NCBI GenBank assembly: GCA_005222965.1
Contig: NJBG01000001.1
Coordinates: 208,323-272,322, forward strand
Length of the DNA stretch: 64,000 nt
Origin: Candidatus Woesearchaeota archaeon B3_Woes
GTDB lineage: Archaea > Nanobdellota > Nanobdellia > Woesearchaeales > B3-WOES
Direction of reading: 5' to 3'
In this document: positions 17,162-26,086 of the stretch, in pieces
Layout: every line of letters begins with the position of its first letter
Position numbering within the stretch: the first letter of the stretch is position 1
The notes under the pieces: model-generated
Told to the model about the DNA's origin: nothing
Databases searched by the model: none
The model's input: only the letters and a program-made list of their open reading frames with translations
Position numbers and translations under genes: made by a program

Positions 17162-17783
17162 TAACTCCTAACCTATGTAAAACAAAATCAAGAGTTATTC
17201 TTAGGCATTCCTCTGGGTATTTGTCTTTTGTATCTATGTAAATAGCTCTGGATTTTAAGAATCTTAGCATCTCAAAAGTTTCCGCTAAATTGTAATTTTT
17301 ACTCTCTTTTTCAATAACTGCTTTTGCTTCTAGATATCTTTCTCTCTGGTTTCCTTTTAAACCATCGTAATCAGAATTTCTCCCAAGAAGTCTTTTGATT
17401 CTAACTTCATCCGGAGCATCAAGAGCAACAAACAAAGAATCAGGGATATTATCTATTGTATATTTTATTTCTAAAGGTCCTCTTAAGTTATCTACTAACA
17501 ACAAATTTCCATTATTAATTGAAAGTTCTCTTTCCACTAACTTTGCCAATCCTGGATTTCCTTGGTTTTTATACCATGCAGTTGAATCAAAACGATGTTC
17601 CCTATCTCTCTTAAATTCAATACCATTATCCTTTAAATATTGCTCATAAGCAGGAAGAACATATTTATCAACTAAGGAGCGTCTATCAACTAAATAAAAA
17701 TCAAAACTTTCTCTTAGTCCTTCAACTAAAGTAGACTTTCCTACACCTGTACCCCCTACAAGTATTATGCTTTGATCATTCAT
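17145..17783 (-). CDS. P-loop kinase (nucleotide/dephospho-CoA kinase-like fold)
   Basis: LVGGTGVGKST, VDNLRG, LDAPDEVRIKRLLGR lid. Confidence 0.8.
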   Translation of the reverse strand: MNDQSIILVGGTGVGKSTLVEGLRESFDFYLVDRRSLVDKYVLPAYEQYLKDNGIEFKRDREHRFDSTAWYKNQGNPGLAKLVERELSINNGNLLLVDNLRGPLEIKYTIDNIPDSLFVALDAPDEVRIKRLLGRNSDYDGLKGNQRERYLEAKAVIEKESKNYNLAETFEMLRFLKSRAIYIDTKDKYPEECLRITLDFVLHRLGVNDETR

Positions 17784-17993
17784 AACAGTAAATAACCCCT
17801 AAATTTTTTTAAAATAATTAGTGATTTGTTTTATTATCTGTAAATGCTGGTGGGTTGTGTTAAATATAAAAATCTTTTGATTTTGTAATAACTTAGCAAA
17901 GGTATGATTAACGAGATTTATGTTTCTTATATATAAAAGTTTGGTTGTTGATAACAGAAAGATTTAAAGATGAGTTATTATATTTATAGGTTT

Positions 17994-18257
17994 ATGAAAA
18001 AACAATTTACAGAAGAAGAAGCAAAAGAAATTGGAGAAAAATTAAGAATTACTTGGGACAAATTTGATGTTGACCAGTTTAGAAGAGGCATGGACATAGA
18101 ATTAGAGCACGGAAGTGTAGATCCAGAAACAAATGTTACAGATGATGATGCACTAATAACTGGAAAGATTGCCTTAGCTCATCTAAACGAATTTCCAGAT
18201 TACTATGACAGACTGGAAAAAATGGAAAAAGAAGCAGAAGAGTTTTGGGAAAAATAG
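17994..18257 (+). CDS. DUF5661-like protein
   Basis: QFRRGMDIELEHG...TGKIALAHLNEFPDYYDRLEKME. Confidence 0.8.
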   Translation: MKKQFTEEEAKEIGEKLRITWDKFDVDQFRRGMDIELEHGSVDPETNVTDDDALITGKIALAHLNEFPDYYDRLEKMEKEAEEFWEK

Positions 18258-18266
18258 TTTAATATC

Positions 18267-18959
18267 TTAATCCAAATTTTTCCATAATAAATCAAACATT
18301 ATTTTTTGTGTTTCATAGAAATTCTTTTCGTTGATTAAGATCCCTATTGGCTCTTTTTCTTCTAAAGAAACCATTGCTATTTTTCCATTATACAACCAAG
18401 TTGCAGTTTTAATTTTCTCTTTAATTAGTTTGTATGGTGCTTTTTTATCAACTGGTTGTGTTTCACTGATTATTCTTACTTTGATTCCTTTCTTTTTTCT
18501 TCTCTCTACAAAATGAGGCATGTAATATTGGAATAGTTTTAACAACTGATTCTTGGATGCTATGCAGGAAAAAGATTTTGCTTCAGCAAGAATGTTTTCA
18601 AATATTGATTTTAACCCATTTTTGCCAGTATACACTTCAACATTCGGTCTTTTGTCAACACTCTCTGTCAAAAAATTTAACTCAGGAAGTATCTTTTTCA
18701 CCAACTCTTCTCTTTCTTTTAACATATCAAGGAGTTTGTTTGGTTTTGTTGCCTGATAGAATTTCTTTCCTGACTGTATAGTATAACTAACAAATCCTTT
18801 TTTTTCAAGAGATTTTAATAAATCATAAGCAGAAGTTCTGTTTAATTCTGCAAAGTTTGCTATTTCCTGAACTAGATTACTGCCTAACTGAAGATTTGCT
18901 AAATAAATTTTAATTTCTTTATCGCTTAATCCTAAGGACTTGAGTATTTCTTCTTTCAT
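18267..18959 (-). CDS. TrmB-family transcriptional regulator
   Basis: LKSLGLSDKEIKIYL...NRTSAYDLLKSLEKKG; VEVYTGKNG. Confidence 0.88.
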   Translation of the reverse strand: MKEEILKSLGLSDKEIKIYLANLQLGSNLVQEIANFAELNRTSAYDLLKSLEKKGFVSYTIQSGKKFYQATKPNKLLDMLKEREELVKKILPELNFLTESVDKRPNVEVYTGKNGLKSIFENILAEAKSFSCIASKNQLLKLFQYYMPHFVERRKKKGIKVRIISETQPVDKKAPYKLIKEKIKTATWLYNGKIAMVSLEEKEPIGILINEKNFYETQKIMFDLLWKNLD

Positions 18960-19047
18960 ACACTATAAAAATATGATGGAATATTTAAATCTGTCGTTTA
19001 TTTTCCACAACATAATTTCATATAACTAATAGTAACTACTCTATAGT

Positions 19048-20040
19048 ATGGAAAAAGAACTTCAATTGTTTAAAGGATATGATTATTCTATGAGTGTTTA
19101 TATGGATAATCACCAAAGAGGGGGTTTTACTCAGTTATCCTTAGATTTATCTTCACGATGTAACTATTCTTGTGATTGGTGTTTCAATAAAGACTTAATT
19201 GGAAAAGATAACCAAGACTTGCTTAGTCTAGTTGAAAAGAAAGACCTATTAGATGAATCTATAGAAATGGGTGCTAAAACTTTGGTTATACCTGGAACAG
19301 GCGAACCAACTTTAGATCCTGATTTTTATCCACTTATCGAACATGCACATAGGTTGGGTTTGACAACAGTTATATACTCAAATTTAACTGGAAATCTTGA
19401 TAAAGAGAAAATTGACTATTTATTTTCAAGAGATGTTTCAATAGGTATTAAATTGGATGCATTATATTCAGGATATTTTACAAAAAGATATCATGCAAAT
19501 GAAAATATGTTTAAAAAGTTCTCAGAGAATTTAGGATTAGTTATTTCAACATATAAAGGATCTGAAGAATCTACACATCAAGGAGTAGTTCATAGAATAA
19601 TAGCAAACATGGTTTTAACACATGATAATAGAGATGAACTTCCAGATATTGCAAGACTCTGCAAAAATAGAGATATACCTTTATTTGTTCGCCCTGTTAA
19701 ACCAGTAACCTGGGCAGGAAATAATCCAGAACTATGGAAACAAATTGGAAATAGAACAGGAGAATATGTTTTTGATAGTGAATTAGTTAAATTATCTCAG
19801 GGATATAATACTTTATTTTCCCCATCTAGTACTTTGGAAAATCACTGTGCACTTTATGCTTTTGGATTAACTATCAAAAATAATGGAGATATTCAATTCT
19901 GTCCTGATCACCATGCATCAAGAGGAAATTGGGGTAACATAAGGGATGTTAATTTAAGGGATGTTATGGAAAGATTAAATTCAATAAGAACAATAAAACC
20001 TGGTTTTTGTGTGATGTCACCAGAAGTTGAACATGATTAA
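19048..20040 (+). CDS. Radical SAM protein with SPASM/twitch-like C-terminus
   Basis: CNYSCDWC, GTGEPTL, C-x-GDIQFC and GNI. Confidence 0.88.
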   Translation: MEKELQLFKGYDYSMSVYMDNHQRGGFTQLSLDLSSRCNYSCDWCFNKDLIGKDNQDLLSLVEKKDLLDESIEMGAKTLVIPGTGEPTLDPDFYPLIEHAHRLGLTTVIYSNLTGNLDKEKIDYLFSRDVSIGIKLDALYSGYFTKRYHANENMFKKFSENLGLVISTYKGSEESTHQGVVHRIIANMVLTHDNRDELPDIARLCKNRDIPLFVRPVKPVTWAGNNPELWKQIGNRTGEYVFDSELVKLSQGYNTLFSPSSTLENHCALYAFGLTIKNNGDIQFCPDHHASRGNWGNIRDVNLRDVMERLNSIRTIKPGFCVMSPEVEHD

Positions 20041-20046
20041 CTAAGT

Positions 20047-20274
20047 TTATTCAGTAATTTTATCTACAATTTTCTTAACAAATGGCATAAGTACTAAAGC
20101 TATTGGAAAACCTATTGGGAAGCTTATAATAAAAGCTCTCGCCCACATTTGAAAAAAATTATTTACAAATCCTAAATTAAGATATGTAACAACTAATGAC
20201 ATAAAAAAACTCATAAATAAACCTGTTATTGCTCCCATCAAAATCCCGCTATACTTTTTAGATATCTTTTTCAT
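20047..20274 (-). CDS. DUF2798-like membrane protein
   Basis: FMSFFMSLVVT..NLGF..FFQMWARAF..FP. Confidence 0.75.
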   Translation of the reverse strand: MKKISKKYSGILMGAITGLFMSFFMSLVVTYLNLGFVNNFFQMWARAFIISFPIGFPIALVLMPFVKKIVDKITE

Positions 20275-20776
20275 AATTACCTTTTCTTGTTTTTTCTAAT
20301 TTTTTTAGAAATAATAAATCTCTTTTTTGAATAAAAGAACCCTCGTAATTTTCAGGTTTATCATTTTCAACTTTGGAAATTGCATCTTTAAGAGATAGCC
20401 ATACAATTTTGAAACCTTGACTTAATTCCTTTTCTGTAAAATCAGGTTCTCCCTTGGAAATAATTTTTCCATAATAACAATAGGATATTTGTTTTAAATT
20501 CAATTTTGATCTAAATTCAATGATTTTACCAACTTCACCACCAACTTCAATTTCACTACCTACTTCCTCTAGGCATTCTCTAACTAAAGCTTTTTCTTTA
20601 TCTTCTCCTTCATCAATACCACCACCAGGAAGTTTATGGTAATTAAATTTTGAAACAAATAGTAAAGGTATCAATTCATTTTCGTCAAAAAGAATAGCTC
20701 TTGATGCTTCTCTAATTCTCAAAGTTGATTCATCATCTGGAAATTCCTTGTCTTTTATTTCTTTTAATATTTCCAT
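20258..20776 (-). CDS. NUDIX hydrolase
   Basis: PGGGIDEGEDKEKALVRECLEEVG Nudix box. Confidence 0.92.
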   Translation of the reverse strand: MEILKEIKDKEFPDDESTLRIREASRAILFDENELIPLLFVSKFNYHKLPGGGIDEGEDKEKALVRECLEEVGSEIEVGGEVGKIIEFRSKLNLKQISYCYYGKIISKGEPDFTEKELSQGFKIVWLSLKDAISKVENDKPENYEGSFIQKRDLLFLKKLEKTRKGNYEKDI

Positions 20777-20808
20777 AGATTATAGATGTTTTTGGTTTTA
20801 TATAAAGT

Positions 20809-21093
20809 TTACTCACTTTTTCTATCTTCAAGAATTTCAATATCTGAAAGAGCAACTAATTTATGATGAGTTTTTTCTGGAATTTCAATTTTAACTGGTG
20901 CTTCTACAGTTTTAGTTTCATCACCTATTGTTAATTCTGCTTCTCCTTTAACTAAATAAAGAATTTCAGGGACATTATGAGAATGATCAGCATTAGTAGT
21001 TCCTTTTTTTCTTGAAATAAAATTTAGTTTATCACAATCATACATAAAGCCTCTTTCATCAGATTTTATTATTCTAAGTTTTTCAATATTCAT
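20809..21093 (-). CDS. Cupin domain protein
   Basis: HSH..PE.LYLVKG...IP..THH. Confidence 0.8.
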   Translation of the reverse strand: MNIEKLRIIKSDERGFMYDCDKLNFISRKKGTTNADHSHNVPEILYLVKGEAELTIGDETKTVEAPVKIEIPEKTHHKLVALSDIEILEDRKSE

Positions 21094-21101
21094 ATTATCT
21101 A

Positions 21102-21623
21102 TTACTCCATAAACAATTTTAAGTAATTAAATCTTTTTAAATTTTCTTCAATATCTTCATATGATTTTCCGCAAATCATTCCGCCTGCAATAAAAAGCTC
21201 TTGTGTTATTTCTTTTAGACAAAAATCAGGCATTTCAAAAGAATCTTTTTCCTCTTTTGAATCAAACTCAAAATCAGCTAGAATTAAACCTTTTAAAGGT
21301 CCTTGAAAAACATCAATTTCAGCTTGTCTTCCATTATGATTGTAGTAGTATCTTCTCTTATGTACTTTTTTTCCATCAAAATTCATAAAAGCATCAAATT
21401 CAGATTTGCTTAGGATAATTGTTTGTTCTTTTTGTATTGAAGAATCTCCTAAATCTACAGGCTCTTTTTTAGTCATCTCTAGTTTATCTCCGTTTTTTCT
21501 AACTCTTAGAGTTGGATGTTCACTAGTTTTAGGAATATAGATGTCTATAACCTCTTTAGATTTGCATTCTTTTAGGCCAGAAGGAATTTCCTTCAAAAGA
21601 TATGTTTTTTCTAATTCTATCAT
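21102..21623 (-). CDS. CYTH (triphosphate tunnel metalloenzyme) domain protein
   Basis: ELEKTYL (ExExK), LRVR, K.R, EID.F, ADFEF. Confidence 0.85.
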   Translation of the reverse strand: MIELEKTYLLKEIPSGLKECKSKEVIDIYIPKTSEHPTLRVRKNGDKLEMTKKEPVDLGDSSIQKEQTIILSKSEFDAFMNFDGKKVHKRRYYYNHNGRQAEIDVFQGPLKGLILADFEFDSKEEKDSFEMPDFCLKEITQELFIAGGMICGKSYEDIEENLKRFNYLKLFME

Positions 21624-21719
21624 AATAAGAAAAGAATTGTGGGAAGTTTATAAATTTTGTTGTGTAATAAATATAAGCAAAAAATATTTTAAGAACTAAA
21701 ATTAATAGGACATATTTAG

Positions 21720-22517
21720 TTAAATTACATATTCTCCATTATGTAGTTTCTTAGATTCGCCTGAAGTAGCAGTGAATACGTTTGTACCTTTTCTTAATAA
21801 AACCTTACCAGAGAAATGATAAACGTCATTTTTATCCCAAGGAGGGACTACGATGAGTAAAATATCTTGACCCATAACTTTTTTTGGTATTAATTTTATT
21901 ATAGGTGAAGGGTCAATATTATCTTTAACACAATTTTGAAGTGGTTGATCCATCTGTTGACTTGTTTTATCAGTCCCTGATATTGCTCCATCATCATCCA
22001 CACCATATAATATAATCCCCCCCATTTTAGTATTAAGCATAGCAGCAATTTCTTTTGTAAGTTTTTTAACTTCAGTTCCAGCAGCCTTAAATTCATAGAG
22101 TTGGTTTTCTCCTGATTTACATATATCAAGAATACCAGTCTCAAAAGGAACACTTATTGTAGTTATTCTTTTATTTTCTTTTGTAATTTTTTTCTTGAGA
22201 TGTTGTTTCAACTGTTTTTGTTTTTTAATAGGATTTTCAAAATATGAAATTGAAATTTGTTTAGCTAAAGGTATTTTTTCATAAATAATTGAATTATTCT
22301 TCTGCAACTGCTTACCTCCTACATCTTTCTTCGGTTTGATAAGCCCTATATCTTTTATCTTCTGTAAATCATTAAGTGTTGGAACCAAAGGCTTCCCTAC
22401 TTTTTTTGCAATATCTTTTGCACTCTGTCGTCCATTAATTTGTTTGTATACTTCAAGTCTTTTGGGTGCATTATTGAAAATAAATCTTCCTCTTACAATA
22501 ATCTCTTGGAGTTCCAT
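21720..22517 (-). CDS. wHTH plus Schlafen/AlbA_2 domain protein
   Basis: N-terminal HTH; GENQLYEFK, IAAMLNTKMGGIILYGVDDDG. Confidence 0.85.
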   Translation of the reverse strand: MELQEIIVRGRFIFNNAPKRLEVYKQINGRQSAKDIAKKVGKPLVPTLNDLQKIKDIGLIKPKKDVGGKQLQKNNSIIYEKIPLAKQISISYFENPIKKQKQLKQHLKKKITKENKRITTISVPFETGILDICKSGENQLYEFKAAGTEVKKLTKEIAAMLNTKMGGIILYGVDDDGAISGTDKTSQQMDQPLQNCVKDNIDPSPIIKLIPKKVMGQDILLIVVPPWDKNDVYHFSGKVLLRKGTNVFTATSGESKKLHNGEYVI

Positions 22518-22518
22518 T

Positions 22519-22686
22519 TTATTTAGTTTCTTTCTTTTTGGCCTTATGGTCCCAAGTTTTTAATGTACCTTTAGCAATTCCAGTTAATTCGCTTATTTCT
22601 CTATATGTAAAACCAAGAGATTTGAGAATTTTAGCTTGAACTTTATCTTCTTCTCCATTGATATGCTGTATTTCTTTTTTTAACAT
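22519..22686 (-). CDS. Small sigma-70 region 4-like HTH protein or 5'-truncated remnant (55 aa)
   Basis: ...EDKVQAKILKSLGFTYREISELTGIAKGTLKTWDHKAKKKETK*; overlaps the methyltransferase 3' end in another frame. Confidence 0.5.
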   Translation of the reverse strand: MLKKEIQHINGEEDKVQAKILKSLGFTYREISELTGIAKGTLKTWDHKAKKKETK

Positions 22687-23320
22687 CTTGTTTTAATCTA
22701 TCATAAAGAGGTTTACCCTTATAATAATACTTTTCATCAACCTTAATTTTTAAAAGATCTTTAATTTTTTTAGTTAATTTTATTTCTTTTGGAAATGAGA
22801 ATTTATCAGCGACTTCTTCGTCTAAAAAACCAACAATCAAAATTCTTTCACGATTTTGTGGCAAATCACCATGAATCATGCTATTAACTATTTTTGACTT
22901 CACAAAATAACCTGCTTCTTTAAGGGTTTCTTTAATAATTTTGAAAGTTTTTCCATTATCATGGGTCTTAAGATTTTTAACATTTTCTAAAAAAATTACT
23001 TTGGGTCTTTTTTGTTCTATAATTTCTACAATACGAAAGAACAAATTACCTCTTCCTTTAGAATCTTTAAAACCTTGTCTATGACCTGCAATACTAAAAG
23101 GTTGGCATGGAAATCCCGCTAATAGAATATCAAAATCAGGAATAGAATCAATATCAACTTTGTTAATATCTTCAATTATTAAAGGTGAATTATCAAAGTT
23201 TAAATCAAATGTTTCTTTACAAGCAGGCTCAAAATCATTAGAAAATACAGTATTAAATCCAGCATTTTCAAATCCTAATCTTATTCCTCCAATTCCCGCA
23301 AATAAATCTATACACCTCAT
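22643..23320 (-). pseudogene. dcm: C-terminally truncated C5 DNA cytosine methyltransferase
   Basis: Motifs I (FAGIGG), IV (FPCQ), VI (ENV) and VIII (QNRER) present; stops in the TRD; motifs IX and X missing. Confidence 0.8.
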
Positions 23321-23374
23321 GATATTACTTAATATAATTAATTCATATATAAATCTTACGAGAGAGCATGTCTA

Positions 23375-23512
23375 ATGGCAAGTGGCTAAAAATCTCCCTA
23401 AATAAATATCAAACAAAAAAGGAATAATAACTGTTGGCAAATGCCAAACCCGTTCTAACAACCCATTTCTAACATTTCAGGCATTCTAACTATCCCATTT
23501 GCCACTTGCCAT
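23375..23512. repeat. 138-bp element bounded by a 12-bp perfect inverted repeat
   Basis: atggcaagtggc (23375-23386) ... gccacttgccat (23501-23512). Confidence 0.7.
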
Positions 23513-23832
23513 CCTCGCGTGAGATATATAAACAACCTAGTCCATCTAATATTGTTGGTTATAAACCCCAACAAATTAAAGAAAGCAGTTTTTTTGCTTT
23601 CAATAAACGAGGTGATTAAAATCGACTTAAGCAATAAAACAATTAAAAATTTATTTTACAATCAAATTAAAGGATTAACTATAAGATCTATAGAAGATTC
23701 ATTTGATTTACAGTTTTCTGGCACCAACCCTTTGTAAAACACCTCCCCCTTCTGAATAAGAAGGGGTGCTCTTTCTATATTATATTCTAAACAACATAAA
23801 GTTTTTTAAACAAAAAAAACATACATATAGGT

Positions 23833-24405
23833 ATGGAGATAATAAATAGAGATGAATACAACCTAAAAAAGGACCAATTTTTAGAAAGAATAGAACAAGG
23901 CGCTGTATTTATCTATCCAACAGACACGATCTATGGTATAGGATCAAGTGCCCTAAACCAAGAAGCAGTAAGAACAATAAGAAAAGCAAAAAACAGAAGG
24001 AAAATGCCTTTCTCTATTATTGCGCCTTCTAAAAAATGGATAAGAAAAAACTGTGAAGTAAGTGAAGAAGCAGAAAAATGGATAAGAAAACTCCCAGGAC
24101 AATTTACATTAATCCTAAAACTAAAAACACCAAATGCAGTTGATAAAGCAGTAAACAAAAGATTAAACACATTGGGTGTTAGAATACCAAAACACTGGAC
24201 AAGTGAGATTGCAAAAGACTTAGACATACCAATTGTAACAACATCTGCAAATGTCGCAGGAAGAGAATTTATGACATCTATAGATGATTTAGATAATAGA
24301 ATAAAATCTAAAACAGATTTTATGATTAATGTTGGAGAAATCAAAGGAAAACCTTCTAAACTAATAGACCTGACAAAAAAAGGTTTTGAAATAAAAGAAA
24401 GATAA
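23833..24405 (+). CDS. tsaC: Threonylcarbamoyl-AMP synthase (TsaC/Sua5, single domain)
   Basis: YPTDTIYG, K.R..P, LGVRIP, TTSAN. Confidence 0.93.
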   Translation: MEIINRDEYNLKKDQFLERIEQGAVFIYPTDTIYGIGSSALNQEAVRTIRKAKNRRKMPFSIIAPSKKWIRKNCEVSEEAEKWIRKLPGQFTLILKLKTPNAVDKAVNKRLNTLGVRIPKHWTSEIAKDLDIPIVTTSANVAGREFMTSIDDLDNRIKSKTDFMINVGEIKGKPSKLIDLTKKGFEIKER

Positions 24406-24409
24406 TTCT

Positions 24410-25333
24410 CTATCCATAAACACTTGAAGAGAATAAAGGTTCTCTTAACCTTCTAAATTCTGCACGGCTCATAATCATAAAATGACCTTCAATATCTGAA
24501 AAACGGCTATGTCTTGCAGGACCATCTTCTAAATGACCTTCTTTAAAAGGATGGAATTTCATCTTATGTTTAAGAGGAGGCATTTCTGTTGTTGCACATC
24601 TTAAACTTCCTCCCCTTCTATTATGTTCTTCTAATGGAACCGGTGTAGGAAGAATTTTATATCCAATTTGTTCTAATATTCCCATGGTTTGTTCTGCTCT
24701 GCAGTCAACAACCATATGATCTCCAAGTTCTATAAAACCAATAGCAGCATATTTTGCTTCATCCATAGGAAGAGTTATTAATTCATAACCAAATTCTTTA
24801 GCCAATTCTGTACCTATAGGAACTAGTAAAGAAGTATCCCATGTAAACAAAGTTCTTTTAAAATTACCAAGATTATAATAAGGATCTATATGATTAGAAT
24901 ATGAAGCATAATATTCACTATATCCACTTACAGGAATCTCTCCGAATTCCCTAATCCCTGCAAGTATATTTATATATATTGCTCTTTCAACACCCAACAC
25001 CCGCTGGGTTTCTTTTCTTGCAGAAGGAATCCCATTGTCATCACCAATCATAAATCCATCTCCTATTAAATAAGCCCCTCCATGCCATGCATAATTAGTA
25101 CAATCTCTCTCTTGTCTAGGGTCTCTACGATTAATTTCAGTAAATGTTTCATCATCATGAAAAAATAACCTGTCTCTTGCCCAAGGTACTTGAGTTAAGA
25201 TTGTATTTACTCCATTTTCCTGTATCATCTTTGCAAGAGGATAACTTTCTCTTGCCAATCCTGGAGTTGTAAATCCATGAGAAAGGACTAATTCATGATT
25301 ACAATATTGTATTTTTGATTCTATGTTATCCAT
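24410..25333 (-). CDS. Pentein/amidinotransferase superfamily protein (DDAH/arginine deiminase-like)
   Basis: WARD, HGG, NHID and GGSLRCAT catalytic Cys motif. Confidence 0.75.
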   Translation of the reverse strand: MDNIESKIQYCNHELVLSHGFTTPGLARESYPLAKMIQENGVNTILTQVPWARDRLFFHDDETFTEINRRDPRQERDCTNYAWHGGAYLIGDGFMIGDDNGIPSARKETQRVLGVERAIYINILAGIREFGEIPVSGYSEYYASYSNHIDPYYNLGNFKRTLFTWDTSLLVPIGTELAKEFGYELITLPMDEAKYAAIGFIELGDHMVVDCRAEQTMGILEQIGYKILPTPVPLEEHNRRGGSLRCATTEMPPLKHKMKFHPFKEGHLEDGPARHSRFSDIEGHFMIMSRAEFRRLREPLFSSSVYG

Positions 25334-25468
25334 TTTAATTTTCTCTCAGAATAAGATTCTGAGGTATCAACACCTCTAAAATTAAGATTTATTAAGAATA
25401 TTTAAAGTTTTTTATATTATCTTTTAAAGAAAGATAATTTTTTAAACAAGAGCGTCTTTTTCTCTATT

Positions 25469-26086
25469 ATGCCTGAAAAGAAACTAAGGATTTTAGCAGC
25501 AGGAGACATTCATGGAGATGTTGACCTAGCTGAAAAACTAGCAAAAAAAGCAAAAAAAGAACATGTTGATTTAGTTGTTTTATGTGGAGATATAACCTAT
25601 GCAGATCAATCAACAGCTAATTTGATTAAACCTTTCAAAAAACTGCATGAAAAAGTTCTACTAATACCAGGAAATCACGAGCCTGTTGCAACAGCAGATT
25701 TCCTAGCTGAATTTTATGAAATAAAAAACATTCATGGCTATTCTGTTAAGTATAAAGACGTAGGAATATTTGGAGCAGGGGGAGCAAACATAGGTTTATT
25801 CCAACTAAAAGAAAAAGAAATTTACGATTTACTAAAAAAAGGATTTGACAAGATAAAATATCTAAAAAAGAATATAATGGTAACTCATGTCCATCCTTCT
25901 GGAACAAAGATGGAAAAATTTACAAAGATATTTCCAGGATCAGAAGGTGTAAAAAGAGCAGTAGAAAAACTAAAACCAGATATATTACTCTGCAGTCATG
26001 TGCATGAAGCAGAAGGCATAGAAGAAAAAATAGGCAAGACAAAAGTTATTAATGTTGGTAGAAGAGGAAAAATAATAGAAATCTAA
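25469..26086 (+). CDS. Calcineurin-like metallophosphoesterase
   Basis: GDIHG, CGD, PGNHE, THVHP, SHVHE. Confidence 0.9.
   Translation: MPEKKLRILAAGDIHGDVDLAEKLAKKAKKEHVDLVVLCGDITYADQSTANLIKPFKKLHEKVLLIPGNHEPVATADFLAEFYEIKNIHGYSVKYKDVGIFGAGGANIGLFQLKEKEIYDLLKKGFDKIKYLKKNIMVTHVHPSGTKMEKFTKIFPGSEGVKRAVEKLKPDILLCSHVHEAEGIEEKIGKTKVINVGRRGKIIEI

Noticed and set aside
14351..17954. Repeated motif as a CRISPR array or integron attC sites
   Set aside because: Spacing is hundreds to thousands of nt, with no cas genes, no attC-like hairpins and no integrase.
18992..19012. Operator for the second TrmB (TGTCG-N11-CAACA)
   Set aside because: Only 4 of 5 arm positions match; too weak to support.
23519..23737. 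72-aa ORF and a CTGGCACCA tRNA-like 3' end as an att site
   Set aside because: No recognisable protein motif and no T-arm before the CCA; unsupported.
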